A stretch of 64,000 nucleotides of DNA. Source: Macrostomum hystrix (Eukaryota > Animalia > Platyhelminthes). Shown piece after piece: positions 11,525-23,400 of this stretch (within the stretch, counting starts at the first letter, position 1; the number at the start of each line of letters is the position of its first letter). The translations under genes were made by a program, and so were the position numbers. The stretch spans positions 30,442,001 to 30,506,000 of the forward strand of contig CATNEN010000038.1 of assembly GCA_950097015.1 (NCBI GenBank), given 5' to 3'. The notes beneath the pieces were generated by a model that saw only the letters and a list, made by a program, of their open reading frames with translations, searched no databases and was not told where the DNA came from.

Positions 11525-12388
11525 ATGGAAAATAAGGAAAACCACGGACCGGAGGAAAGGATGCCGACGCGCCCACGTCTAATGGGGCTAGTGAGGAAAA
11601 TCAATGATTCGACGGAGGTGAGTAGACGGGTGGAGCTCTTAAGGAGCCAATTCGGCAACAGTGCGCCCTTCCCTTTGGGTCAGCGCTCGCCGAGTTGGCA
11701 CCAGCATTTCATGCCATCTCTCCCCCGTTCGCAGCAGGCAGTCAAGCGCCCTGCTGCTACACCACTTGGGCCAGCAGGCAAGAGGCGGCAAGTAGCCGTA
11801 CAGGCGGTGCCGGAAACCGCAGAAGCCGGTGTGCAGGTGCGCCGACCCATAGCGAGCAGCAGCAGCAGCGGGTCAGACGAGGCCCAGGCAGACCCTGACG
11901 AAAACGTATGGGCTGCCTTGCAGGAGGGCATGCTCTCGGAGGACGAGGGGCCGGCAGCACCACCGCCACTGCCATGGCAACCGCCCCAGACTTCGTCCTC
12001 CAGCGACAGCCTGGAAGAAGCGGGCGCGGGGGCCAGGCCAAGGAGACGGCGAGGTGGCGCCCAGCGGCGCAGGCAGCGCCGGGCACAGTGGGGCCATCGG
12101 GCGCCGGACCGAGAGCGTGCTATTGGCGAGTTGGCTCAGGCTTTGGCTAGGGCAGCCCAGGGGATACGTGAAGACGGGTGGCCGGCCGAGATCCAACAAG
12201 GTTTCGTCAGTGAAGAAAGGGCCACTAGGCGGGAAATGGCCCACGAGGCAGCGACACTGGCGGAACGAATCGTTGGCGGTCCAGCGGCGGCTCCACTACT
12301 ACTAGTAGCACGATATGGTCAGGCCGTCATCGAATTGGTGGAAGGGGCCTGGTACCCCGAGGCCTTGGTCCGCATGGCAAGGTTTTAG
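11525..12388 (+). CDS. Additional element ORF (287 aa) in the env position; putative nuclear Arg-rich protein
   Basis: Intact ATG-to-TAG ORF. Contains KRPAATPLGPAGKRR, Ser/acidic tracts and RPRRRRGGAQRRRQRRAQW. No signal peptide or TM segment apparent. Confidence 0.7.
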   Translation: MENKENHGPEERMPTRPRLMGLVRKINDSTEVSRRVELLRSQFGNSAPFPLGQRSPSWHQHFMPSLPRSQQAVKRPAATPLGPAGKRRQVAVQAVPETAEAGVQVRRPIASSSSSGSDEAQADPDENVWAALQEGMLSEDEGPAAPPPLPWQPPQTSSSSDSLEEAGAGARPRRRRGGAQRRRQRRAQWGHRAPDRERAIGELAQALARAAQGIREDGWPAEIQQGFVSEERATRREMAHEAATLAERIVGGPAAAPLLLVARYGQAVIELVEGAWYPEALVRMARF

Positions 12389-12721
12389 AACGGGACATGT
12401 TAGTAGGCTCCTACTCTTGAGCGTACTCCCTGTTGCTAATTTTGTTGGTCCTTTTAGGCCGGTGCGGCCAAGTAGTCTAGGTCACAAGCCTGTGCCCCCT
12501 TTTTTGTTTTGTGTTATTTCCCTCTTTTTGCCTGTCATTTCTATTCAGTTTGCGCCATGAGAAAATGAGCATGCGCCATTGAGCTATATGTTTTTTGGTT
12601 TGATGATGGCTACGCGATTGTTTTTGTTTACTGAGAAGGAAAATAAAAAGGAAAGTTGCTTACCTGTTTTTGGTTTAAGTGCGGCTGACGGCCAGCCGGT
12701 GTTGACCGTCATCCTTTAGCT

Positions 12722-12730
12722 GGAGGAGAG
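12722..12730 (+). promoter_or_regulatory. Polypurine tract
   Basis: GGAGGAGAG directly abuts the 3' LTR TG. Confidence 0.8.
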
Positions 12731-13345
12731 TGATGTGCTGTAGACTGCTGAGCAGCCTCCAGGCAATCTGTGAGTCAGGCTGTTCTAGGTCTGTGGGAGG
12801 GCTAGGGTTGGTAGTTAGTGTTTCCCGTGCACTGTCACCTCCGCTCGCCACCCCCTCCGCTCTCTCTCTCTTTCCAGCTCTGTCTGCGCACTGAGTCACA
12901 TTGCACACCATGGTGCAATCGCTTAAGTTCGGAAGAAGACTGGCAGAACAACGCTCAAATGCTCCTACTATAAGTAGAGCACAGTCCGACGAATCCTTGA
13001 GATGGTGTTGTTATCATGGTAGCACTATTTCTTTATATTGATGGCACTTTCTTGTCTCCAGTCTTCATGCGTTTATCGCTTTGCATTGTCTCTAAGATCC
13101 TACAAAGCTTTTGTTGGTCTAGGCCGCATACTGCATTTAGAAGCATAGTGTGCCGCCCGATCAAGAGTAAGATCTGTGAGAGTAGTTAGCTGTGAGAGAA
13201 AACTTAGCAATCAAAGCCTGACTACCGGATTGTTCCTCTGCTAGGAAGCATCTGCGTGTGAGGCCGGTAAAATCTCCTTTCTGAATCCAGTGTCCTGTCT
13301 TGGTCATTTACCAATTGTGTGTGCCACGCTACCACAGGTACAACA
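12731..13345 (+). repeat. 3' LTR (615 bp)
   Basis: Direct repeat of 7394-8008. Confidence 0.97.
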
Positions 13346-14177
13346 CCAATCTGTCACGATCCCAAGTTATTAACATGCCAACCTGTCAAGATCCCAAGTT
13401 ACTATAATATCCCAATTCCGTCAAGATCCCAAGTTACTAATATCCAAAATCCGTCTAGATCCCAAGTTACTAATATCCCAATCTGTCAAGATCCCAAGTT
13501 ACTAATATCCCAATCTGTCAAGATCCCAAGTTACTAACATCCCAATTCCGTCAAGTGGGGTACGTATAGACTGGTGGACTTAGGTTTCAGGTAGGATAGG
13601 TAGACAGTTCAATTTGGGTTTCAGGTGGGTATTCGACTGATGGGCTAAGGGTTCAGGTGGGCTATGGTTGGGGTAGGGACAAAGGGTTCAGGTGGGGTAG
13701 ACTACCACTTATCTAATCGCGATTGTTTTACAAAAATTCCAAGAAATTTACTTTGCAAATTGTTGACACAATCAATAAGGCAAGTTACCCAATGCACTCT
13801 AAAGTTAGTATAGAAATTAAACATCTAACTGTAGGGCCAAGAAAAATGCATTGTGTTAGCAGTTTTGCGGCACAGGTGAGAAATTTAATTTAACTTTTTC
13901 GTGGGGTGGGTCGCTGTTGATTCTTAGCACACACACAGCAGCTGTAGCTTGTACCGTCAGGGAACCAAGAACCAGAGCCGTGGTGAAGAACCAGACATGT
14001 TTACAGAAGCAACAGGCGCTTTGCTAAATGCATCCGTTACTATGTTTTTATTTGTAACCATTGGCAATAATTCAATAAAGGCTTCTCATTATTTATGTCT
14101 CGAGTAAACAAACGTGACGGGTTTCTTACACCTGATATTCGGATTCATTTCCTAGAATTACATCGCCAGACAATTCA

Positions 14178-16645
14178 ACAGATTCTCAGGGCTTGGGATA
14201 ATTCTACAGATTCTCAGGACTTGGGATAATTCTACAGATTCTCAGGACTTGGGATAATTCTACAGATTCTCAGCGCTTGGGATAATTCTACAGATTCTCA
14301 GGACTTGGGATAATTCTACAGATTCTCAGGACTTGGGATAATTCTACAGATTCTCAGGGCTTGGGACAATTTTACAGATTCTCAGGGCTTGGGATAATTC
14401 TACAGATTCTCAGGACTTGGGATAATTCTACAGATTCTCAGGGCTTGGGATAATTCTACAGATTCTCAGCGCTTGGGATAATTCTACAGATTCTCAGGGC
14501 TTGGGATAATTCTACAGATTCTCAGGGCTTGGGATAATTCTACAGATTCTCAGGGCTTGGGATAATTCTACAGATTCTCAGGACTTGGGATAATTCTACA
14601 GATTCTCAGGACTTGGGATAATTCTACAGATTCTCAGGGCTTGGGACAATTTTACAGATTCTCAGGGCTTGGGATAATTCTACAGATTCTCAGGACTTGG
14701 GATAATTCTACAGATTCTCAGGGCTTGGGATAATTCTACAGATTCTCAGGGCTTGGGATAATTCTACAGATTCTCAGGGCTTGGGATAATTCTACAGATT
14801 CTCAGGGGTTGGGATAATTCTACAGATTCTCAGCGCTTGGGATAATTCTACAGATTCTCAGGACTTGGGATAATTCTACAGATTCTCAGGACTTGGGATA
14901 ATTCTACAGATTCTCAGGGCTTGGGACAATTTTACAGATTCTCAGGGCTTGGGATAATTCTACAGATTCTCAGGACTTGGGATAATTCTACAGATTCTCA
15001 GGGCTTGGGATAATTCTACAGATTCTCAGGGCTTGGGATAATTCTACAGATTCTCAGGGCTTGGGATAATTCTACAGATTCTCAGGGGTTGGGATAATTC
15101 TACAGATTCTCAGGCTTGGGATAATTCTACAGATTCTCAGGGCTTGGGACAATTTTACAGATTCTCAGGGCTTGGGATAATTCTACAGATTCTCAGGACT
15201 TGGTATAATTCTACAGATTCTCAGGGCTTGGGACAATTTTACAGATTCTCAGGGCTTGGGATAATTCTACAGATTCTCAGGACTTGGGATAATTCTACAG
15301 ATTCTCAGGCTTGGGATAATTCTACAGATTCTCAGGACTTGGGATAATTCTACAGATTCTCAGGACTTGGGATAATTCTGCAGATTCTCAGGGCTTGAGT
15401 TAATTCTGCAAATTCTCAGGACTTGGGATAATTCTACAGATTCTCAGGACTTGGGATAATTCTACAGATTCTCAGGGCTTGGGATAATTCTACAGATTCT
15501 CAGGGCTTGAGTTAATTCTGCAAATTCTCAGGACTTGGGATAATTCTACAGATTCTCAGGACTTGGGATAATTCTACAGATTCTCAGGGCTTGGGATAAT
15601 TCTACAGATTCTCAGGACTTGGGATAATTCTACAGATTCTCAGGCTTGGGATAATTCTACAGATTCTCAGGACTTGGGATAATTCTACAGATTCTCAGGA
15701 CTTGGGATAATTCTGCAGATTCTCAGGGCTTGAGTTAATTCTGCAAATTCTCAGGACTTGGGATAATTCTACAGATTCTCAGGACTTGGGATAATTCTAC
15801 AGATTCTCAGGGCTTGGGATAATTCTACAGATTCTCAGGGCTTGAGTTAATTCTGCAAATTCTCAGGACTTGGGATAATTCTACAGATTCTCAGGACTTG
15901 GGATAATTCTACAGATTCTCAGGGCTTGGGATAATTCTACAGATTCTCAGGGCTTGAGTTAATTCTGCAAATTCTCAGGACTTGGGATAATTCTACAGAT
16001 TCTCAGGACTTGGGATAATTCTACAGATTCTCAGGGCTTGGGATAATTCTACAGATTCTCAGGACTTGGGATAATTCTACAGATTCTCAGGACTTGGGAT
16101 AATTCTACAGATTCTCAGGGCTTGGGACAATTTTACAGATTCTCAGGGCTTGGGATAATTCTACAGATTCTCAGGGGTTGGGATAATTCTACAGATTCTC
16201 AGGGCTTGGGACAATTTTACAGATTCTCAGGGCTTGGGATAATTCTACAGATTCTCAGGGGTTGGGATAATTCTACAGATTCTCAGGGCTTGGGACAATT
16301 TTACAGATTCTCAGGGCTTGGGATAATTCTACAGATTCTCAGGGCTTGGGACAATTTTACAGATTCTCAGGGCTTGGGATAATTCTACAGATTCTCAGGG
16401 CTTGGGATAATACTACAGATTCTCAGGACTTGGGATAATTCTACAGATTCTCAGGGCTTGGGATAATTCTACAGATTCTCAGGGCTTGGGATAATTCTAC
16501 AGATTCTCAGGGCTTGGGATAATTCTACAGATTCTCAGGGCTTGGGATAATTCTACAGATTCTCAGGACTTGAGATAATTCTACAGATTCTCAGGACTTG
16601 AGATAATTCTACAGATTCTCAGAACTTGGGATAATTCTACAGATT
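14178..16645. repeat. 28-bp minisatellite (GATTCTCAGGGCTTGGGATAATTCTACA)n
   Basis: About 88 near-identical tandem units ending ~0.8 kb upstream of the TRPA1 ATG. Confidence 0.98.
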
Positions 16646-17437
16646 TCCATTGTCTCGCATATTTCTATAGATTCTCAAATTGTTTGAGTGTATTAAGTGA
16701 ATCGTGGTTTTTGTGATTTTTTCCCGTAGATTACTATACTAATGTCAGCAATGAAATCCATGATTTGCTTTGAGATCATATTTACTTATATGTTAGTTGT
16801 GATGTTTTTTGTATTAGATATTCCATCTATGACATGCTTGATTAGATTATCAAGCAGCTATATATTTGTCCATTGTTAAGTAATTAATCTTCAGACAGAA
16901 TCCCATAATGAAACTGTCACCAGTTCTCATGATCCGACTTCTTTTGTAGACTTTGCATTGCAGTGATTTGCTCTAGTGCCCATCTAGTGTGCTCAGACAT
17001 ATTCAGACAGGACAGCTATGGGGTAATTATTGCTCTCTGATCTAGTCAATTGGTTTGAGTTCTACTTGCTTGTGTCTGAGCTTGTGGGAGAAGGGCATTG
17101 TGCTACAGTCACACTCCAAAATCTGTGAGTTTGTTTGCGTTGCCACGGGCAACTATAGGTGTAAACAATACACGGACAGAAGAGAGAAAGAGAGAGCAGA
17201 CGACTACGCGGCTAAATTTTCGGAAACACTAAAAGAGGATCCGCCAATAAAAATAGACCAAGCTCTGACTATAAACAGTGGGGCATTAGTTAAAGGACCA
17301 GGAGCATTGGTAGCAAGTTGTGACTTAATGTATTGATTTAATCACAGATCTAACGACTAATTCTAAGTAAGTTTTTCCGTGAATCTCAGTTTTCTCTCTC
17401 TGCTAAAATCTAAATAATCAATCGTAGTTAAGAATCG

Positions 17438-20400
17438 ATGAATCGAAAGCTAGGCAGCGGCACTAGTCGCATTGTGCCTAGTGCCGACAACGAGGATCAG
17501 GAACGTCAGCTGGAGATAGTCCAGACTCCTGAAAAATTGCCGAAGCCAATGTTGCCCAGCTTGTCAAAGGTGACATTCGGTTCGCAGAGCGTCAATCCGG
17601 ATGTGGCCATAGACGTGCAATCGTTGGTTTCCAGCCTGTATCCATGGGAGATGACTAAGCATGTGAGAACTCGAAGTCTGCTTTGATTTTATATTTCATG
17701 TCTACATATAGATGGGATAATGGTTAGATACTCATGTGGTATCCAAGTAGGTAATCATGTCTAGATACCGATGGGATCATGTCTAGCTACCGATGGGATC
17801 ATGTCTAGCTACCGACGGGATCATGTCTAGCTACCGATGGGATCATGTCTAGATACCGATGGGATCATGTCTAGCTACCGATGGGATCATGTCTAGCTAC
17901 CGACGGGATCATGTCTAGCTACCGATGGGATCATGTCTAGCTACCGATGGGATCATGTCTAGATACCAATGGGATCATGTCCAGATACCGATGGGATCAT
18001 GTCCAGATACCGATGGGATCATGTCCAGATACCAATGGGATCATGTCCAGATACCGATGGGATCATGTCCAGATACCGATGGGATCATGTCTATATACAG
18101 ATGGGATTATGTCTAGATACCGATGGGATCATGTCTAGCACCGTCTCTCCACCTGTCAGTTTCATCACGCCGTTCGTGAAGGCGACGCACCGTTTGTCCG
18201 CGCCGCAATCTCAGCGAAGCCGTCCCTGATTGACAGCTTGGACGATCGGCTGATGTGCGCCCTCAGCTACGCTGTCAAGTATCGTCGACACGAGGTGCTC
18301 AAACTGCTCATCAGGAAAGGCGCCTCTCTGAATCTTCGAGGTCAGGAAGGTATGAGGCCGATTCACGTGGCGGCTACCTTCGACGCCAGAGACGCTCTGC
18401 AGCTGCTGCTGCGTCAAAGAGGTGTCAAGATTGACATCACGGACGACAAAGGACAGACCGCTTTGCACGTCGCCTGTCGAAGAAATCACGTGGAGATAGC
18501 CAGGGTGATGCTTTTGAAATTTGATTTACTATTAGAACACCAGTTCAACTGCACATAGAACAGTTCTTAGAACACTTGTAAATAGAACACCTGTAATTAG
18601 AATTCATGCCATTAGAACCCTGTCATTAAAACGCCTGTCATTAAAACGCCTGTCATTAAAACACCTTTCATTAAACATCTGTGATTAAAACAACTCTTAT
18701 TTGAACACATGTCATTAGAACACCTATTATTTCAAACGCTTCAAAAGTACAATCCTTGGCATGTACTTGCAGCTCTTACTGCAATCCGGAGCCGATGTGC
18801 TCAAACAAGAGAAGGACGGCGTGTCGGCTCTTCACCAACCGGCCCGCAATGGCAGTCTGGAGCTTTGCGCTCTTCTGGTGAGAGCTGCATAGCGAGATAG
18901 TGAAAGGCGAGACTAAGGCGAGATAGTGAAAGGCGAGGCTAGGGTGAGAGAGTGAAAGGCGAGACTAAGGCGAGATAGTGAAAGGCGAGACTAAGGCGAG
19001 ATAGTGAAAGGCGAGGCTAGGGTGAGAGAGTGAAAGGCGAGACTAAGGCGAGAGAGTGAAAGGCGAGGCTAGGGTGAGAGAGTGAAAGGCGAGACTAAGG
19101 CGAGAGAGTGAAAGGCGAGGCTAGGGTGAGAGAGTGAAAGGCGAGACTAAGGCGAGAGAGTGAAAGGCGAGGCTAGGGTGAGAGAGTGAAAGGCGAGACT
19201 AAGGCGAGAGAGTGAAAGGCGAGGCTAGGGCGAGATAGTGAAAGGCGAGGCTAGGGCGAGAGAGTGAAAGGCGAGACTAGGGCGAGAGAGTAAAAGGCGA
19301 GACTAGGGCGAGAGAGTGAAAGGCGAGGCTAGGGCGAGAGAGTGAAAGGCGAGACTAGGGCGAGAGAGTGAAAGGCGAGACTAGGGCGAGAGAGTGAAAG
19401 GCGAGGCTAGGGCGAGAGAGTGAAAGGCGAGACTAGGGCGAGAGAGTGAAAGGCGAGACTAGGGCGAGAGAGTGAAAGGCGAGGCTAGGGCGAGATAGTG
19501 AAAGGCGAGGCTAGGGCGAGATAGTGAAAGGTGAGGCTAGGGCGAGATAGTGAAAGGCGAGGCTAGGGCAAGAGAGTGAAAGGCGAGACTAGGGCGAGAG
19601 AGTGAAAGGCGAGGCTAGGGCGAGATAGTGAAAGGCGAGGCTAGGGCGAGATAGTGAAAGGCGAGGCTAGGGCGAGATAGTGAAAGGCGAGGCTAGGGCG
19701 AGAGTGTAAAAGATAAAGCTAGGACGAGTCTGTGAAAGGTGAGGCTAGGATGAGAGAATGAAAGGCGAGGCCAGGGCGAGAGAGTGAAAGGTCATAACCA
19801 CTAGGGCAAGAGTGGGAATTGCCAACATGATTCAAAACACCCAGTGTAAATTTAATTGAAAAAAAACTAAAATATAGTTAAACGGAAAAAAGTTTACCAG
19901 GTCAGAGATGACAACTCAGATATAGGTAATAATTGACGCTCTCTTCATCCCATTCATCACCAATTTATTTCCAATGCATTGTTTAAACACTCCCTGTAAT
20001 TTAGCTGTCAAGCGGAGCCAACGTAAACACGGCCGACAACAATGGGCTAACACCCATTATGGTGGCTTGCATTGAGGGACGCACTGAAGTGCTGAAAGAA
20101 CTACTGCAACATTCTGCTACCGCAAGTGCGTTGTTAATTATGTTTTTTAAGTTACACAGGAGCTTAATAGATCATTCTTCCCAGAATAAATGAATCTGGC
20201 AAGCTTTGGACTTCCCAGAGTGAGGTCCGGAGTTCGAATCTCAAAGCAGCTAACAAAATGTGTCCTTGAAGTTTTGTGATAGAAACTTGGGTGGATGAAA
20301 GCTCCAAAATTTTAAGGATTTGTCGGTGGACTGAACAGCTGTACGCAGCCCTCGGAGGCGCCTGGGCTATCTGTATTTTGTATTTATATTTCTATCGATC

Positions 20401-23400
20401 TCAATTTAGAATTACGATTTAATGCGCCTCTTAAAAACTAATTAATCTAGTCGGCAAATTGCCTGGCAACGAAGCTCGCCGGCTGCTGCTTGAGCGGCGC
20501 GACAATGACGGAGCCACCGCGTTGCATCACGCGACTCAGAATCGTCAACTGGAGGTGAGATTTGAGACACACCGAAAATGTCCACAGTGATGGATTGAAA
20601 TTAAGAACAAGTAGATTTGACAGAAAGTTGACTAGAATTGATATAGCTTAGCTTATATTATTCTTTCATTTGTTGCAGCTTCTCCGCCGTCTAGTTGAAG
20701 CCGGAGCCAATATCAACGCTCTGAGGGTCCGTTGAAGTCTCCAATATTCACTGGATTTATTTCCCGTTCATTTCAATCTAGTATTGCGACAATTTACTAT
20801 TTAGTAAGAAATAGGGGAGGGGTAAGAAATGAAAACAAAAGCCCAAGTGTCCGAAGAGGGTATATAATGTACATTCCAATTCATTTCATATGTACGGGGA
20901 TAGATGTTAAAACGGGAGTGGAGTGAAAATATCAGGCTAGCGATAGTGTACATTCCTGGGTAAGAAGTTGATAAAGTGGATAGGAAAGGAAATATCTGGC
21001 TAGCGATAGTGTACATTCCTTTTGTTAGAAGTTGATAAAATGGATAGGAAATGAAATATCTGGCTAGCGATAGTGTACATTCCTTTTGTTAGAAGTTGAT
21101 AAAATGGATAGGAAATGAAATATCTGGCTAGCGATAGTGTACATTCCTTTTGTTAGAAGTTGATAAAATGGATAGGAAAGGAAATATCTGGCTAGCGATA
21201 GTGTACATTCCTGGGTTAGAAGTTAATAAAGTGGATAGGAAAGGAAATATCTGGCTAGCGATAGTGTACATTCCTGGGTTAGAATTTGGTAAAATGCATA
21301 TGAAAGGAAATATCTGGCTAGCTATAGTGTACATTCGTCGGGGTTAGAAGTTAAAACTTGAGAGGAGATAAAATAATTAGTGAACGATAATTAAAGCAGG
21401 TAAATGCATGCATATGCAACAAAGCAAATTAATTTCAGAATGACGGCAACTCAGCGCTGCACATAGCCGCCTCGTTGGGTTATCAGGATGTGGTTGAAAT
21501 CCTGCTTTCTAATGGAGCCGATCCCAGCGCATTGGACAAGAAAAAACGAACCCCATTGCACGAGTGAGTATATTACGTGATTCTTCTAAACTTATTTAAA
21601 TTACATTTTTGGTTTCTATTCAATTTAATTACATTTGTGCTCTATTACACGCAAATAAAATTACAGATGCGGCCTTAACAACCAGCCAGAGATTGCAAAG
21701 CAGTTATTAATCAAGGTAAGTGTACAAAACAGTGTCAGCTAGTATGCACTCTCACACCTAACTTGCAAGTAGTTTAAGTACTCGTAGCGTTGGAACTTTT
21801 CCTCAATCGATTTTAACAGAGGAAATCTGTTCTACAGCCAATAGTCAAATCTCTCGAGATTGATCACCTGCAAACCATGTGGGCTAATGTCATTATTTGC
21901 TAGCTTCTCCTATGACGCTATAGCTCCCTAACACAGCTCCCTCACAATGTCACACAATATAACTAGCCTCTAAACTACACAATTCCAAAATCTGCCAGAC
22001 AAATTGATTGCTTATTTGAACAATGTAGACCCGTTAAAGCTAGAATGTCTGGCAACTCAGCTGAGTTCACTGTAAATGTACATAATATGCTAACCTTGCT
22101 CAAATTTTAAAGGTAACATAACCATTGTATAAAATTATTTTCAACAGCTTTTAAATACTATTCAATTTCAACCGTATCAAGGTAAAGACTAAAATATAAA
22201 GTCTAAGTAATATATAGTCTAAAAAATGTCGCCTACAGCAGGGATCCTATCCCCTCACATGCCATCCCGTCCAATCCCCATCCCAAATCGATCCCCATCC
22301 CATCCAATCCCCATCCCACCCGATCCCCATCCAATCCAATCCCCATCCCATCCGATCCCCATCCAATCCAATCCCATCCCATCCCCATCCCATCCCCATC
22401 CCCATCTCCATCCCCATCCCACATCCCGTCCAATTCCCATCCCATCCGATCCCCAACCCATCTTATCTCCATCCCATCCCCATCCCCATCCCATCCCCAT
22501 CCCCATCCCCATCCCCATCCCCATCCCGTCCCCATCCCCATCCCCATCCCCATCCCCATCCCGTCCAATCCCCATCCCATCCGATCCGATCCCCATCCAA
22601 TCCAATCCGATCCCCATCCAATCCGATCCCCATCCCATCCGATCCCCATCCCATCCGATCCCCATCCCATCCGATCCCCATCCCATCCGATTCCCATCCA
22701 ATCCGATCCCCATCCAATCCAATCCGATCCCCATCCAATCCAATCCCCATCCCATCTGATCCCCATCCCATCCAATCCCGATCCCATCGAATCCTCATCC
22801 CATCATACCCCTTCTAATTTAATCCCAATAAATCCCAAATCGAGTTATTCAAATCGCTGTCTCCAGGGCTCCAACGTGAACGCCGCCGACGACCAGTTCA
22901 TGTCGCCGCTGCACTGGGCCTGCAGGCGGGGCCACCGTCCAGTAGCCGAGACTCTGCTTGAGTACAACGCTCGCCTAGACGGTCACGACGTGAGCATGCG
23001 AACTCCGCTGCACTGGGCAGTCATCGAAGACAATGACGCCATTGTGGAGTGCCTGCTGGCTGCGCCTAGTGTGGAGACGGTGTTCAACAGGCAGGACATG
23101 TACGACAAGACCCCTCTGCACTATGCCGCCGAGAGGGGATGCATCTCGGTTAGTTGACAATGATTAAATTACCTTATGACCAAATAACCTTATGACCAAA
23201 TGACCAAAATTTTAGCTGGCTAGACGTCTCGTAATCAGTGGCGCCAACTGCCTGATTGTCGACTGCGACGAGCGTCGTCCAGCTCATGTCGCAGCCAAAG
23301 CAGGCCACCTCGATTGTCTGCGCGTGCTCATCGAAGCCACGGCTGGCGTGTCGGTCGATCAGCGCGACCTCGACGAGCGAACCACCGTGCTGCTGGCAGC

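Larger units (their letters stand above)
7394..13345 (+). mobile_element. Recent non-autonomous Ty3/Gypsy-type LTR retrotransposon (5952 bp)
   Basis: Two 615-bp TG...CA LTRs, 4-bp TSD CCAA (7390-7393 and 13346-13349), PBS after the 5' LTR, purine tract before the 3' LTR, gag with CCHC knuckle and a DSG protease. No YxDD RT, RNase H or DDE integrase motif seen. Confidence 0.95.
7263..13555. repeat. 32-bp minisatellite (CAAGATCCCAAGTTACTAATATCCCAATCTGT)n split by the LTR insertion (7263-7393 and 13346-13555)
   Basis: Removing the element and one CCAA copy restores a continuous unit ...ACTAATATCCCAA|TCTGTC... Confidence 0.85.

Noticed and set aside
11525-12388. env gene
   Set aside because: No signal peptide, TM anchor or Cys-rich ectodomain; composition is basic and largely disordered.
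6924-14150. Possible minus-strand gene with exons near 6924-7090 and 13790-14150
   Set aside because: Short frames with stops, no recognisable domain and no consistent splice chain; a non-coding transcript cannot be excluded.
14178-16645. 28-bp repeat array as a CRISPR array
   Set aside because: Units are directly adjacent with no unique spacers, there are no cas genes, and the context is eukaryotic.
20121-20131. GC-AG donor (ACC|GCAAGT) in TRPA1 exon 4
   Set aside because: The next exon needs phase 1, which the canonical GT at 20126 provides.
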